Of a DNA stretch of 35,481 nucleotides, positions 12,468 through 25,001 are shown in pieces; the stretch's first letter is position 1; every line of letters starts with the position of its first letter. Position numbers and translations under genes: made by a program. The notes beneath the pieces are model-generated. The model did no database searches, had not been told where the DNA came from, and was given only the letters and a program-made list of their open reading frames with translations. Source of the stretch: Gonapodya sp. JEL0774 (taxonomy: Eukaryota); contig JADIIX010000185.1 of assembly GCA_027604505.1 (NCBI GenBank), forward strand, positions 1-35,481. Direction: 5' to 3'.

Positions 12468-15400
12468 TTATGCGCAACGCAAACGCAAGCATCGTCCGCT
12501 TGAACACTGAGTTCCCTTGGAACATGCCTTGCCCCGTACGAGCAAGGGTGGAGTGGCGACAATTTGTTGTGTCGTCGACGTTCGAGTTGTGCTACGACGT
12601 ACGGCGATAGTTTGGGGGTTGATTTTCGTTGGCACCGCTCTCGTCTTTGCAACAACCGCAGCAGGGTTGATTGACGGGTCTATTGGATTTTGGACCCCAA
12701 TCAAATTTTGGGTATTTGTTGGTGTTGTTGCGCCACCCGCAGTTTGAATGGAACTACTCGGGGCGTTTCGAACATTGCTCAGACTGGAGTGTTGCCCTGC
12801 CAGGGCCGATGTCGTCTGACTTCGGACCGAACTCTCCATTTGCATGATGGTCCTCGAATTCGTAGTTCCTGGACTTTCAGTTCGAGCTGTAAGGGCGGCA
12901 ACCGTACTCGTCGACACGGAAGACGAGGCGGGCCCAATGTTCTTTGCTGTGAGAGTTATGACCGCGGTAGGAATTGTTTGAAGTTTCATTGAGCTGCTCG
13001 TGCTTTGTCGAATTCTGGCTTGAGTAATTGTACCATCACCCGCCAAAGTCACCAAGGTTGTGGTCCAACTGGACGTCGTGACAGTTTGCAATACTTGAGA
13101 TTCTTTGTTGCCGAAGCTAGTGAGCAATACTGTTCGAGTATCGGTCATTTGGATACAACTGAGCGCGAAACGCTTACTCGACTACTTGATTGAGATCAGC
13201 TTGCTTGAGCCCCCTGATAGTCGTTTTTGTTAGTGTAGTTGTGATGGCTCAACTCAAAACCACCACGGCAATCTTACATTGTTATAGTTGTCCTTCGAAG
13301 AGAAGAGCTATATCAGATAGGTATTCCATTTAGGAAACACGGCATTAAACTTACGTTGCGATCGGCAGTATGCCAGAACTTTGTGGGGTGGTGAACTCTG
13401 TTGGAGACAAACTCTGGGAATTCGAAGTAGTCATCGATAACGCCTGAGATGGGAATATCACCCATTCACTCGTTGTAGCTGACCACAATTCCGAGCTGGT
13501 TCTAGTTGCAGATACCGGTTTTGAATTCGTGAAGCTCTTCGATGACGTCAAGGAAGTGGCCACCGTAGCTGACGAAGTTTGAGAGCTGGTGGAAGTTGCC
13601 GACCATGTTTGAGAACTATTAGCTGTCGATGAGGACATGAAAAAAGTACTTTTTGTGGCAGACGAGGTCTGAGAGCTGGTGGTCGAGGTTTGGGAACGGG
13701 TGCCAGTCCTGGAGGACGTCCAAGAGCTGCTCCATGCAGCCGAGGAGGTCACAGAGTTCGTGGCAGTCCTCAAGGAAGTCCACGACGGGCTCGTCGTGGC
13801 CGACGAAGTCTCAGAGCTGGTAGAAGTTGCCGATGACGTCTGAGAACTGGTCAACGTCCTCGACATTGTAAACAAGGTGCTCTTTGAGGCGAACGGGGTC
13901 TGGGAGCTGCTGCTCCACGTTTGGAAATTGGAGCCAGTCCTCGAGGACGTCGAAGAAGTGCTCGTTGTGGCCGAGGAGGTCTCAGATCTGGAAGAAGTTG
14001 TCGAAGGCGTTTGGGAACTGGTGACCGTCCTGGACGTTGTCAAAGAAGTGCTTTTTGTGGCCGACGAGGTCTGAGAGCTGGTGATCGAGGTTTGGGAACT
14101 CCTGCCAGTCCTGGAGGAGGTCCAAGAGGTGCTCGTTGTACCCGAGGAGGTCTCAGATTTGGTCACAGTCCTGGAGGAAGTCCAGGTAGGACCTGTTGTA
14201 GCCGACGAGGTCTCCGAGCTGGAAGAAGTGGTCGACAGCGTTTGGGAACTGGTGACGGTCCTCGACGTACTAAACGAAGTGCTTTTTGTGGCGGACAAGG
14301 TCTGAGAACTCGTCGTCGAAGTTTGGGAACTGGTGCCAGTCCTGGAGGACGTCCAAGAGCTGTTCGTTGTAGCCGAGGAGGTCTCAGGGCTGGTGATAGT
14401 CCTCGAGGAAGTCCAAGATGGGCTCGACGTTGCCGACGAAACCTCAGAGCTGGTAGAAGTTGCCGATGACATTTGAGAACTGGTGAACGTCCTCGATGTA
14501 GCAACCGAACCGCTTTTTGTTGCCGACGAGGTTTGAGAGCCGGTGATCGAGGTTTGAAAACTCGTGCCAGTCCTAAAGGAGGTCCAAGAAGTGCTCGTTG
14601 TAGTCGACGACGCCTCAGGACTGGTCACAGTCCTACGGGAAGTCCAAGTAGGACTTGTTGCAGCCGACGAGGTCTTCGAGCTGGTAGCAGTGTTCGATGG
14701 CGTTTGGGAACTGGTGACCGTCCTGGACGTTGTCAAAGAAGTGCTTTTTGTGGCCGACGAGGTCTGAGAGCTGGTCGTCGAAGTTTGGGAACTCGTGCCA
14801 GTCCTGGAGGAGGTCCAAGAACTGCTCATTGTAGTCGAGGACGCCTCAGGACTGGTCACAGTCCTGGAGGAAGTCCAGGTAGGACTTGTTGCAGCCGACG
14901 AGGTCTTCGAGCTGGTAGCAGTGGTCGATGGCGTTTGGGAACTGGTGACCGTCCTGGACGTTGTCAAAGAAGTGCTTTTTATGGCCGACGAGGTCTGAGA
15001 GCTGGTAGTCTGAGTTTGGGAACTGGTGCCACTCCACGATGACGTCCAAGAAGTGCTCGTTGTACCCGAGGAGGTCTCAGAACTAGTCACAGTCCTGGAG
15101 GAAGTCCAAGTAGGACTCGTTGTAGCAGACGAAGTTTCCGAGCTGGTAGCAGTGGTCGATGGCGTTTGGGAACTGGTGACCATCCTGGACGTTGTCAAAG
15201 AAGCGAGCTTTGTGGCCGACGAGGTCTGAGAGCTGGTCGTCGAAGTTTGGGAACTCGTGCCAGTCCTGGAGGAGGTCCAAGAAGTGCTCGTTGTACCCGA
15301 GGAGGTCTCAGAACTAGTCACAGTCCTGGAGGAAGTCCAAGTAGGACTCTTTGTAGCCGACGAAGTCTCCGACCTGGAAGAAGTTGTCGAAGGCGTTTGG

Positions 15401-18400
15401 GAACTGGTGACCGTCCTGGACGTTGTCAAAGAAGTGTTTTTTGGGGCCGACGAGGTCTGAGAGCTGGTGATCGAGGTTTGGGAACTCGTGCCAGTCCTGG
15501 AGGAGGTCCAAGAGGTGCTCGTTGTACCCGAGGAGGTCTCAGAGCTAGTCACAGTCCTGGAGGAAGTCCAAGTAGGGTTCGTTGTAGCCGACAAAGTCCT
15601 CGAGCTGGAAGGAGTTGTCGATGGTGTTTGGGAACTGGTAATAGTTGTCGAGGAAGCAAAAGAACTCCTTTTGGCCGACGAGGTCTGAGAGCTGGTTGTC
15701 GAAGTTTGAGAACTGGTGCCAGTTTTCGAGGACGTCCAAGAGCTGCTCGTTGTAGCCGAGGAGGTCTCAGAGCTGGTGACAGCCCTCGATGAAGTCCAAG
15801 ATGGGCTCATCACGGCCAACGAAGTCTCAGAGCTGGTAGAAGTTGCCGATGACGTTTGAGAACTGGTGAACGTTCTCGATGTAGCAAATGAACTACTTTT
15901 TGTGCCCGAAGAGGTCTGAGAGCTGCTGGAAGACGTTTGAGAATTGATTACGATCCAAGAGGAGGTCATCGTCTGGCCCGTTGACGCGGAAGAAGTCTGA
16001 GAGCTCAATGAAATTGCCGAAGACGGTTGAGAGGAACTACTGACAATTCTTGAAGTAGTAAAAGTACTACTCTTTGAAGTTGACGGGGTCTGATAGATGT
16101 TGGTCGACGTTTGGGATCTGGTGAATGTCGAAGTCAAAGCGGGGCTCGTTGTTGCAAACGAAGTCTGAGAGCTCATAGGAGTCCTTGAGGGAGTCAAGGA
16201 CGCACTCGTTGTTGCTGAGGAGGTCGCAGGGATGGTGGTACTTGCCGTTTGGGGACTGATGCCGGTGCTCGAGTCAGTTGAAAAGGTAATCTCTGCAACC
16301 GACGAAGTCTGAGATGTCGTTGTGGCTTCGAACGCGCCCTGAAACCTTGTGGAAGTAGTCAAGAGTGTCTGGAGGGCAGTCCCGTCACCCGTAAACGTTC
16401 CCCATGCCTCAACGCTCCACGTTAACATTTCGGACGTGAACTTGTTCTCAGAAGAAATTCGCGGGGAAGCAACAGGCGGAGCACTTGTAGTGTCCACGAA
16501 ATTTGGTGCAGTTGTAATGGTAATTGACGACATTTGTGAGGAGGTAGCATCCATTCTAAATCATATTGTAGTCAGGGTTTGCGCATATAAGATAGTCTCA
16601 TAGCAACTCACGTCAGCGAAATCCAAGTAGTCGGGAGAGCTTCTGCAGTCGATTGAGTCCTTAGTTAACCAGTAGACAAAGTTAGAACCACACCGTGAAG
16701 TGGTGCAACCGAGAAAATCTCACGATGTCATTCCCGACAAGGATTCCGAAGAGGAGGTGGTAAAACTGATAGTTGAAAACGAATTAAAAACTCCAAGAAT
16801 GAAATTCCTTGTAAACAACTGTCACTTACTTGATGTCTGGTGAGGTTGCATTGAGGGCGGAGGCAAATGGTGGGGTTGAGCTCGCAACCACCCGCAGATT
16901 GTTGACAGTCCACCCAAGAGAGCTCATCACTGCAGCATGACAGCATGCGACCGTAGTTGGTGGCTTTGAAATGTCACAATATTCAACAAGAAACTCTTAC
17001 CGCCGAGTAGATGTGGGCCCATCGCCCCGTAAGCGTATGATCCAGCTGCCATTACTTTCGAATCCAGAGTGGACCCCGCCCTGGCGAAAGATATCATGAG
17101 AAAATCGGGGGTGTTCTCAAGTCCGTCGTCGAGATGAGAGAAGGTCGTTCCTCCCGAATAGTATCGCCCACTCCAGATAGGGAGGGCATCCGCGACAGCA
17201 GAACTCATTGCGGGTTTAATTCGGACGTAATCTGGGCCTGACGTCGCTAACTGGTACACCTTCTGGGCTGCCGCGAAAGACCCTCCGCTAGCTCTTTGGA
17301 ATCGCAACAGAAAAGCCCCTATAGACGATCCTGAAACCCCTTGGTAGTTCGTTATTTGGTCATAATAATTCGAGATCAGGGTGCTAGTCGATGTTTCACT
17401 GAATCAGGAAGTGCAGATTCTCGATTAAGCTGGTTCACTCCTTCGAAAGAAGATCCACTGCTTACATCATAAGTTTGTCGTATATGTACTGAGGAGCCCA
17501 GAACGCCCAACTGCCATTCGCCCAGGTATAATACGGTGGTGTCAGGAAAGTCTGGCCCGGTACGTCTATCGTGCTTTGGTCAATCACTCTAGAGCCACCC
17601 GGACAAGGGGAGAACAACTCACAATTGCTGAACCACTGGTTCCATCCAGTCATAAAACCCATTCCATGCACAAATTCATGCATGACAACTCCTTCAAAGT
17701 CCTCTTGTTCGGGGGTGATGGGCTGGTCTCCCGTGAACCACCACGCAAAATCGGCATTGAATAATGCTGTGATGTCGGTGTCGCTGTAGTTGGGCCCGTC
17801 TCCGTAGACGTTTTTAAGAAGAGCCTACAGAAATCGCAATTTGGGCGAATCTGCTCGATCGCACCCCTCGGTTCTGACCCCGACTTACCTGGGGAAGCAT
17901 GTAAACTCCATCCTCTGTATCTACCGACCAAAGCGCCGCAGGACTCGCTTGGCCCAGTATGCTCGATCCGCAAAAACTCGTATCAATGGATTCGCAGTAA
18001 GAGACGAACTTAGCTGATACCTTGACTGTTTTCAGAAAGTCAGGTGTGGAACGCACCACGAAACGCGGAGCCGAAGACTCACTTTCCAGAGTAATACTGA
18101 TAGCCACTGCTATGCGACGGGCCGCATTTAAAAATCCCGTCTGAACCTTGTCACACAAGGCCGAATCGTTGACCCTGCAATCCAGTGAAATGCTGAACGG
18201 GGACCCTCCATCGCGACCCGCCAATCGGGTTCTGCGCTGGTTTGAGATTCCAGTTCCCACTTTCCACTTTCTCGATGGGTCCTCTAGATCTGAAGAGTTT
18301 GCAAATGGAGTCTCCGATAGGCTGGACCCAGAGGATTCGTCGCAGACCGGAAAGAACCGGGGTCTTTTCTTAGGCTGGATGGAAGCGGGTAACGCATCGA

Positions 18401-18599
18401 ATCTTGAGACGGTACAGATTTTCCCATTGTCAAGTCGCTGTCTTCGGCTGCGAGGCGTCCAGTTTCGTTTTGGCGTTGGAGTCCGCAACGGATTTTTGGG
18501 AGTCCCGGTAGCTCCCGCGACGAGCCCCACGAAAAACACCAGAAACATGAGCCAAAGGACAATAGTCCGCAGTGATTTGAGGTGTCCGTGTTTCATCAA
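12468..18599 (-). CDS. Secreted zinc metalloprotease-like protein, paralog 3, with a >1000-aa mucin-like Ser/Thr stalk and C-terminal 4-Cys module
   Basis: Signal-like IVLWLMFLVFFVGLVAG, CTVSRF..RFFPVCDE, ILGQASPA, VMHEFVHGMGFMTGW (HEXXH about 17666-17680), YSGGTTFSHLDD..PDFLM. Exons 16765-16724, 16659-16612, 16555-13355, 13307-13278, 13213-13178 and 13116-12468 join in frame; ends GKACSKGTQCSSGRCLRLRCA*. Confidence 0.87.
13560..15930 (-). repeat. Coding tandem repeat, about 10 units of 231 bp (77 aa, Ser/Thr-rich)
   Basis: The anchor gacgaggtctgagagct (or variants) lies at 13661, about 13892, 14063, about 14294, 14525, 14756, 14987, 15218, 15449, 15677 and 15908. Spacing is 231 bp except for one 171-bp and one 228-bp unit. 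Confidence 0.95.
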
Positions 18600-18741
18600 G
18601 ACATCTGTGTTTGGGAGGGGTGAGCGGACAATGAAGTGTGCTGTTCAATCAGGCCAGGGCAACAAATCATTCCCGATTTGGAATTCGATGCGTGATGAAG
18701 AAACGGGATAGTCACCAAATTCTGGAGCGATTCACATATGA

Positions 18742-19581
18742 TTATGTTGAAACTCTCTCTATCTGCGCGAGTGCGCTGGTTATCAAACCCCTCGCCTCAT
18801 CATCCAATTCCGACTGCGCCAACAAATACCTGAGTCCATCGACCCAGTAACTCCATCGCTCTAGATTATATCCAGTCCAGTTTTTATTGGACAGTGTGCT
18901 CCCCTCCATAGCACTTCGCCCTGCGTATTGTCTGCTTTTGTTGCAATTCTCAAACAGTGCGGGGCTTGAATAAATGAACCAAAGAACGCAGCCACAAATG
19001 GCACGAGAAGGGACTTCTCTCAAAATTTGGTTTCGCGGGTGGTCCTCGAGCACGTCTCGCATTGCCCAGATGCCGTACAAGGACATGTCCAGAACATCCT
19101 CACTGGTAAGACGGGCAACAAATGCGTTTAGCTCACAAAGCTCTTCATTGGCTTTTACGAGTGGGAATACAGTTGATAACAGTGACAGAAAACACGCCGC
19201 GTAAGCCAAACGGGAGATTCAAAGTACCACGAGAAACTCACGCCGGTTCCACGATTCTCGAAAAGCTGGTCCTAAAAGTGGCAGATCCAGCCATGTAACC
19301 TGCGATTCCCAAACCGTCATGATCGGACTCTCCTTGGTGTGTTTTAGCTCTCGCAGAAGGTCAACGAGCTTGTTCTGCTCCCCATGTGGGACACGCATGA
19401 CGACACTGATGAGCGAATTCCAAGTTTCCCAAAGAAAATTTTCGCCTCCCCCTCTGATGGCGAACGCGATTCGGCCTTGTCGGACGATTTCGCCCGCAGC
19501 GGCCGACGGTGATTTCCGACCGCGAGTCACTGCAAGAAAGAGATTCTCGGCGTGCGGATCACTTGTTGGGTGGGGAGTCAT
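18742..19581 (-). CDS. DUF3632-family fungal protein (2 exons)
   Basis: FLWETWNSLI, QNKLVDLLRELK, WLDLPLLGPAFRESWN, LNAFVARLT, LYGIWAMRDVLE and WTGYNLERWSYW resemble DUF3632 motifs as recalled. One intron starts gtgagt near 19241. Confidence 0.8.
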
Positions 19582-19753
19582 TTTTGTGTGGGCACCAGAT
19601 GTTGATGATTGCTGCTGGATGGTCAAAACTAACAGTTGGCTGCTTTTGTGAAGTGGAGTGAATCCAGAGCTGATCAGGATGGGGTGCAGGCCGCAGCCCG
19701 CCAAGATCGGAACACGACCTCATCTGTCCCGTTTGATTTGATTGCTTACAGAC

Positions 19754-20350
19754 ATGCTGAAATCAAGTGTTGCATCCAAAGCTGCCGTACAAGTCGCCCC
19801 ATCATCACGTGAATCCGCTAAGCCCCGCCGCTCATTGTTTGCGGTCTCCTTAGCAGTGCTGGGAGTCGCCCTCATCTCACATCAACTCTTCGCACGGGAA
19901 TCTTTTCGCAGTCGGGCTATTGTCACTTTTAGCGACATGTGTGGAGCTGTACCTGGATGTGGGCAATGGCTTGGAGGTGAACTCCTGAAGGGCAGCGTGA
20001 GGGTGAAGAGATCGCTCCAAGAAGAAGATGGTGCGCCTCAAGGATCCAACGAAGAGGAACTGGTGAACAAAAAGGTCAGGAGGACAAATGGGGAGAGGCT
20101 CGGGTGGGGAACACATGAGTATGTGATGCTTTTTTCGTTTCGGTGACGATTGCGCTTCACACGATGCGTTGATCTTTATGCTTCTACAAGTGGTTCTCAA
20201 AATGCAAACAACGACCAGCAGCCTGGAGAAGAAACTCTGGAAGAGGGCGAAACGGTAGGGAAAGTATTGCTGAAGAGGTCGCACAAGAAGCCTAGCGGGA
20301 AAGGCGAAAGTCTTGGACGCGGAGATGCCGGGTACGCATCACTGAAATGA
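19754..20350 (+). CDS. Small hypothetical protein with one hydrophobic segment (2 exons)
   Basis: MLKSSVAS..SLFAVSLAVLGVALISHQLFA followed by a charged tail; the intron gtatgt...tacaag (about 20119-20190) joins the two ORFs in frame. Confidence 0.5.
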
Positions 20351-20839
20351 CTGGAGGGTCAGAGAGCTGGTGTTAATTGCACTGAGTTGGTTACACAATC
20401 AGGAAATACCCTGGCGATTCCGGGAACAATGTCGTGCCCCACGATCACTCAGTGCATCGACGGGACACCAATAACGAAGGTGGAGTGGGCAAAATGTGGA
20501 AGAAACACAAAGCACACGCCGAGAAACTCGGTAGGGGTGACGCACTGGAGTGAGTCTTGGCTGAGTTGTCAGGTGTTATCAATCGACATTCTGCCTAACA
20601 GACACGGCGCGCTGGAATAGTGCTAATACGCAGAAGGCGGAGCAACAGCTCCCGGCGTCGCAATGAATACCATGTCAAGTTGTTTGGATATACCGTCAAA
20701 GTGGTGTTTCCATTGCAAGAAAAGACAACGAAAAAGACTCAGTATCAGATTTATGTGTAGCGCGCACAGTGCATGTAGTCAGGGAAGGGTGAACATTGCA
20801 CGCGCGACGTCTGGCAGATGTTGAAACCGCGTCCGCCAG

Positions 20840-23800
20840 ATGCAAAACAATGTCCAATCCATAACAGTAAATCCATCCAATCCAGCCTCGACGCCGCCTG
20901 CTGCTCCTCCCATCTTATGCGACAGTGATTCGCAGAATTCGCGTTCCCCAGGGGAGCGGGCGCAGCCAGTTCAGTCCCCACTAGCCGATGCTGCGATATC
21001 GCCTGCGAGGGTCTCTGCGCGTTTGGCACCGTCTCTAGCGGTGTTCAGAGACCAACTGGCGGCGAAGGAGCGCGAGCTTTCTGAACTGTACATCGCGCAA
21101 ATGACGGTTTTAGAGGAGACACTGGCACTGAAAGAGGCAGAGGTGGGGTTTTCGCATTTATCGATTGCGTTGACTGTCAAGCAAGCGATTCTCCGCTTAG
21201 TTATTGCATGTTGTTAACTCGTTTACATTGCCTGACAGCGTGCAGACCTCGAATTCAAGTTGGGACAGCTCCGATCAGATTTCTGCTATAACCTCTCTCT
21301 CATTGACGGAAGGGACAAGGAAATCGAGAAGCTGGAGCGGCAGGTCGATGAGCTTACCAAGGATGTCCATGACCGGTGAGCAGACTCCTGCTCTCACACC
21401 CATGGAGCTCGTGGACGACGGAGACTGAAAATTGACTGCTCTGTCGTCACGAATTCTCGACAGAGAAGCTCGAATATCGGACTTGAAGGTTGTCGTGGCG
21501 GAAAGGTCTGATCAAATGGCGAACCTCCGTACTGCCGCACTTTCGCTTGAGGCTGCAGCCGCCGACCAAGCGAGAAAGGCGAAGCGGGAGCTAGAGGTAT
21601 TTTCTCTTGGTGCCTCTTTCCGTTTCTCAGGATATCGCAATCACATCAACTACCGTCATGGTGTAGGTATTGCAAGCGTCTCACTCCGACGCTGTCCGCC
21701 TCCTTCGTGAAGACCATGACCGCGCAGTCGCCATTCATCTCGCACGGTGTCGGGAGCTTGAACGTGCTGTGGAGGACGAAAAGTATGTTCCCCCCTCCGA
21801 TGCATCTCAACCCTCGCCTACGCTACGTTCTCACCTCCTTCGTCACCTTATTTCGTCGTGCCTCCGCACTTCCCAGAACGTCACATGCGTCTTCCCTCGC
21901 ATCTCTTACCGCCGCCCACCAACACGCTCAGCGAGAGATGCAACTTGCCCAGGACGCAACGGTCGCCCAGACGCTTCGTGATATAGAGGATGCTCGAGAA
22001 GAAAGAAATAGAGCGGAAGCGGAACGAGATGGGTGGAAGACTAAGTGGGAGGAAGGCGAGATGGGTCGAAGGTGGGTTGAAGGATGGTCTTGAACCGTTC
22101 AGAAATCTGTTGCAGTTCCCGATTTTGACGTGCCTGTACGATTCCCAGAGCACTCGAGAAAGCTTGCAAGGATCTTCGGTGGGACTTGGAAGATGAACGG
22201 CGCACACGCGGAGTCGAGGTCAGGGAGCTGACGGTCGCTGTGGAAATGGTACTATTTCATGGTTTCGGTTTACTGACCTGCTCGAGATCGACATTCCCTG
22301 CCAATTCAATAAAAGGCGAAGCAGGATGCCAAGGATGCTCGGGATGCTCTTGAAGAAACGCGAGAGCGGTTCCTACATGAATCGGAGGAGGTTGCCAAGG
22401 TATTGCTCCCGTCAGCGGTCATGCTCGTTCAGTTGTTCCAGTGAAGACTTACTTTGAACAACATCAGTCTCATACTCACACCATCACAGTTCTTCAGGCT
22501 CAACTGGCGGACTTGTCTCAGCGTCTTCAGGAAACACAGTCAACCCTGGTTTCAGCTCGAAGCGAAGCCACCTTGCGATCGAGAGAGATGGACGATTTGC
22601 GCAAAGCCCGCGATGACGAGCGAAGGAGGGTGGAGGAAGAAGCAAAGGCTGATAGAGAGGTTTGGGAAGCGAGAGAGGCAGAGTTGATCGAGCAAGTGAG
22701 CGCTACATGTTCCGATTTTACCTCTCACTCATTTTTTTGACTCAATTTTTCTGTCCAGATTCGTATTCTCTCATCAGCTACTTCCTCTGCTCGTACTAAG
22801 CTGGATGCTTCCGAGAAGGATGCCGCCGACCTGCGTAAGCTGCTTGCGGAGGCGAGGGCCGAGGCGGTGAAGCGTGGAAAGATGGAAGATGAGGCACAGC
22901 GAAGAGCGGAGGAAGGTGCGTTATTTTGAGCTGGCTTGCATCCCCCCCCCAAACAATATTCTGTGCGATGTTGTAGTGAACCTCGAGTGGGAGCGAAAGT
23001 ATGACCAGCTCGTACGGCGGAGGGCACGCGACAGGGAAGCGTATGTGCGCGAAGTGGCTGCACAGAGGGATAGGGCAGAAGCAAGGGCTAGAGTTGCGGA
23101 GGCAAGAGTAAAAGCAGTGCTCGGAGGGGAAAAGGTACGACATTGGAGTGCTACGAAGTGTTTTAATTCCGTTTGCTTAGGCTGTGTGCAAAGCTACGCG
23201 CGTCAATGCTGGTGCCCAGGACAGGGGTCGAGGAACCTCTTCACCTGCTGCCACCGATCGCCCCATCACCCGAGGTGGGACCCGCCCCACCTGTCACTCC
23301 CGCACCGTATCCCCATCTGCCTTCAGCAACTCAACACAAACCTAGGTCTCGTGCTTCTTCATCAGATTTGAGAGGTGGACTTGCTTCCCAAAGTGTTCCG
23401 CCGCCGGTCCCCGTTCCTCTACAAACTACAGACAATTTTCTGGAGCAAACCTCACGAGACCACGGACTTGCTTCCCAAAATATTTCACCGTCCGTCCCCG
23501 TTTCTCTCAAGGGTGTGGATGGCCTTCAGGAGCGGCCCACGCGAGACCACAGCCACGACCACGATCCTCCAACCGTGCTTCCCTCCCCTGTGCATACTCC
23601 GGATCGAAGATCGCAAAAGTTACTGGATGCAGGCTTGCCATCAGATTCAGGCCTCAATGCATCGCGTGCTGGGTCTGTTGGACTTGGTTTGTTTGATGGT
23701 GACGGACCTGAGGGAATATTGAAAGAGCTGGAGTTGAGGGAGAAGGAAGTCCTTGGGATGGATCGAGAGAGGGACCTACTGGAGAACAGAGAAAGTGGAG

Positions 23801-24747
23801 AAAGTGGACAGGACTCTGGACGAGCCTGGGAGCGTGGTGGAGATGAGCGACTCAAAATGGAGGCATTGGTGAGGGCGGTGAGTCCATGGAGGGGAGGGGT
23901 AGGAAATGACCAGAAGGATATTCACGTATTTTTTCCTTAATGTTATTGTCAGAATACGGCGCTAAGTGCAATGGTGAGGGATTTGCGGAGAGAACTCGAG
24001 GAAGTGCAAATGGATGGGCGAGAAGGTGCATCTGCGAATGAGGTTCTTGAGATGGTAAGTACCACGAATCTGTCCAGTTGTTTTTGAATCGTCAGTACTG
24101 AACTTGCAACGATGTTCGCCTGTTCGCGTGACTTGGAACTTCATTTTCAGCAACAAACCATTACCCACCTCGAAACCCAACTCCAAGACGTGCAGGCAAA
24201 TCTCTTGGAGCAACGCAAGCTTGTCGCAAACCTTCGCTCCCAGCTTGCTTTCCACCAATCGCAAATGGGTCCCGATGATCAAAATTTTCTTGCCATCTTC
24301 GCATCACTGGAATCCGAGCGGGACCGCCTCCGAGTGGAGAACTGCCGCCTGCGTGACACTCTGCGGTCGGCTGTTGCAGACTTGCGAAAACTTTCTGCGG
24401 AGAGGGAGCACCTAGTGGACATGTGTAATGCCCTCAGGGCGGAAATCCGCGCTTGGGAGGACGGTATCAACGAAGAACCATTGGAGGGTCCTCCCGCGCC
24501 AGACTTTGGTACTGATCTTCTGCACGAGAGTGGGCGTGTGCGGAAACAACTGGTGGGAGGGCTCGTGGGGACACAGATTGGGACGACGGTACCTAATGGG
24601 CGAGGCGTGTCGCCACCGAGGCGGGGGGTGGGTTTGCGTAGAGGAGCGGGTTCCGCGGGGAATAAGATCGAAACTGACAATGCGAGGAGACTTGAACAGA
24701 GGAAAAAGGGAGTGCGGAATTGGAATGATATGGACGAGGATGTGTGA
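20840..24747 (+). CDS. CCDC57: CCDC57-like centriolar coiled-coil protein (multi-exon)
   Basis: QLAAKERELSEL, QLRSDFCYNLSLIDGRDKEIEKLE (exon from 21239), NTALSAMVRDLRRELE, EREHLVDMCNALRAEI and terminal VRNWN resemble recalled CCDC57 motifs (DFxYNLxxxxERDxELE; ERxxLIxxxNxLRA; IRNYN). The protein is coiled-coil throughout. Confidence 0.75.
23377..23550 (+). repeat. 87-bp (29-aa) in-frame tandem duplication within the CCDC57-like gene
   Basis: GLASQSVPPPVPVPLQTTDNFLEQTSRDH / GLASQNISPSVPVSLKGVDGLQERPTRDH; ggacttgcttcccaaa occurs at 23377 and 23464. Confidence 0.8.
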
Positions 24748-25001
24748 TACTCAGAAGGTAATGACCGTCGGAAGGATTAATTATTTTGGTTTAGGGTCGC
24801 ATTCATGTTGTCGGCGATTCCATATATTAAAATAAGAAAATGTATCCCGCAAGGAGATACATATTATATATTCGTCAATGATTCCTTTTCTGCTTTGTTG
24901 GTTCACGTTATCCTGGCGGTCCTCTGTGTCCCGGGCGAAGCAGGTGCCACTGATGGACAGATCGGTATTCCCCTCGCTGACTTCAATCCGGTCGTGCCGG
25001 C

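Noticed and set aside
12468..13148. Separate 226-aa gene
   Set aside because: It has no signal peptide and joins paralog 3 in frame through two small exons.
13877..15792. Series of repeated 61-208 aa ORFs (V/E/L-rich, R/G-rich, MDLLQDW..) that look like a tandem small-gene array
   Set aside because: They are antisense or alternative-frame shadows of the 231-bp Ser/Thr coding repeat; the 3201-nt frame is continuous and splices into paralog 3.
13560..15930. CRISPR-like periodicity
   Set aside because: Whole units repeat with no unique spacers, the repeat is protein-coding, the context is eukaryotic and no cas genes are present.
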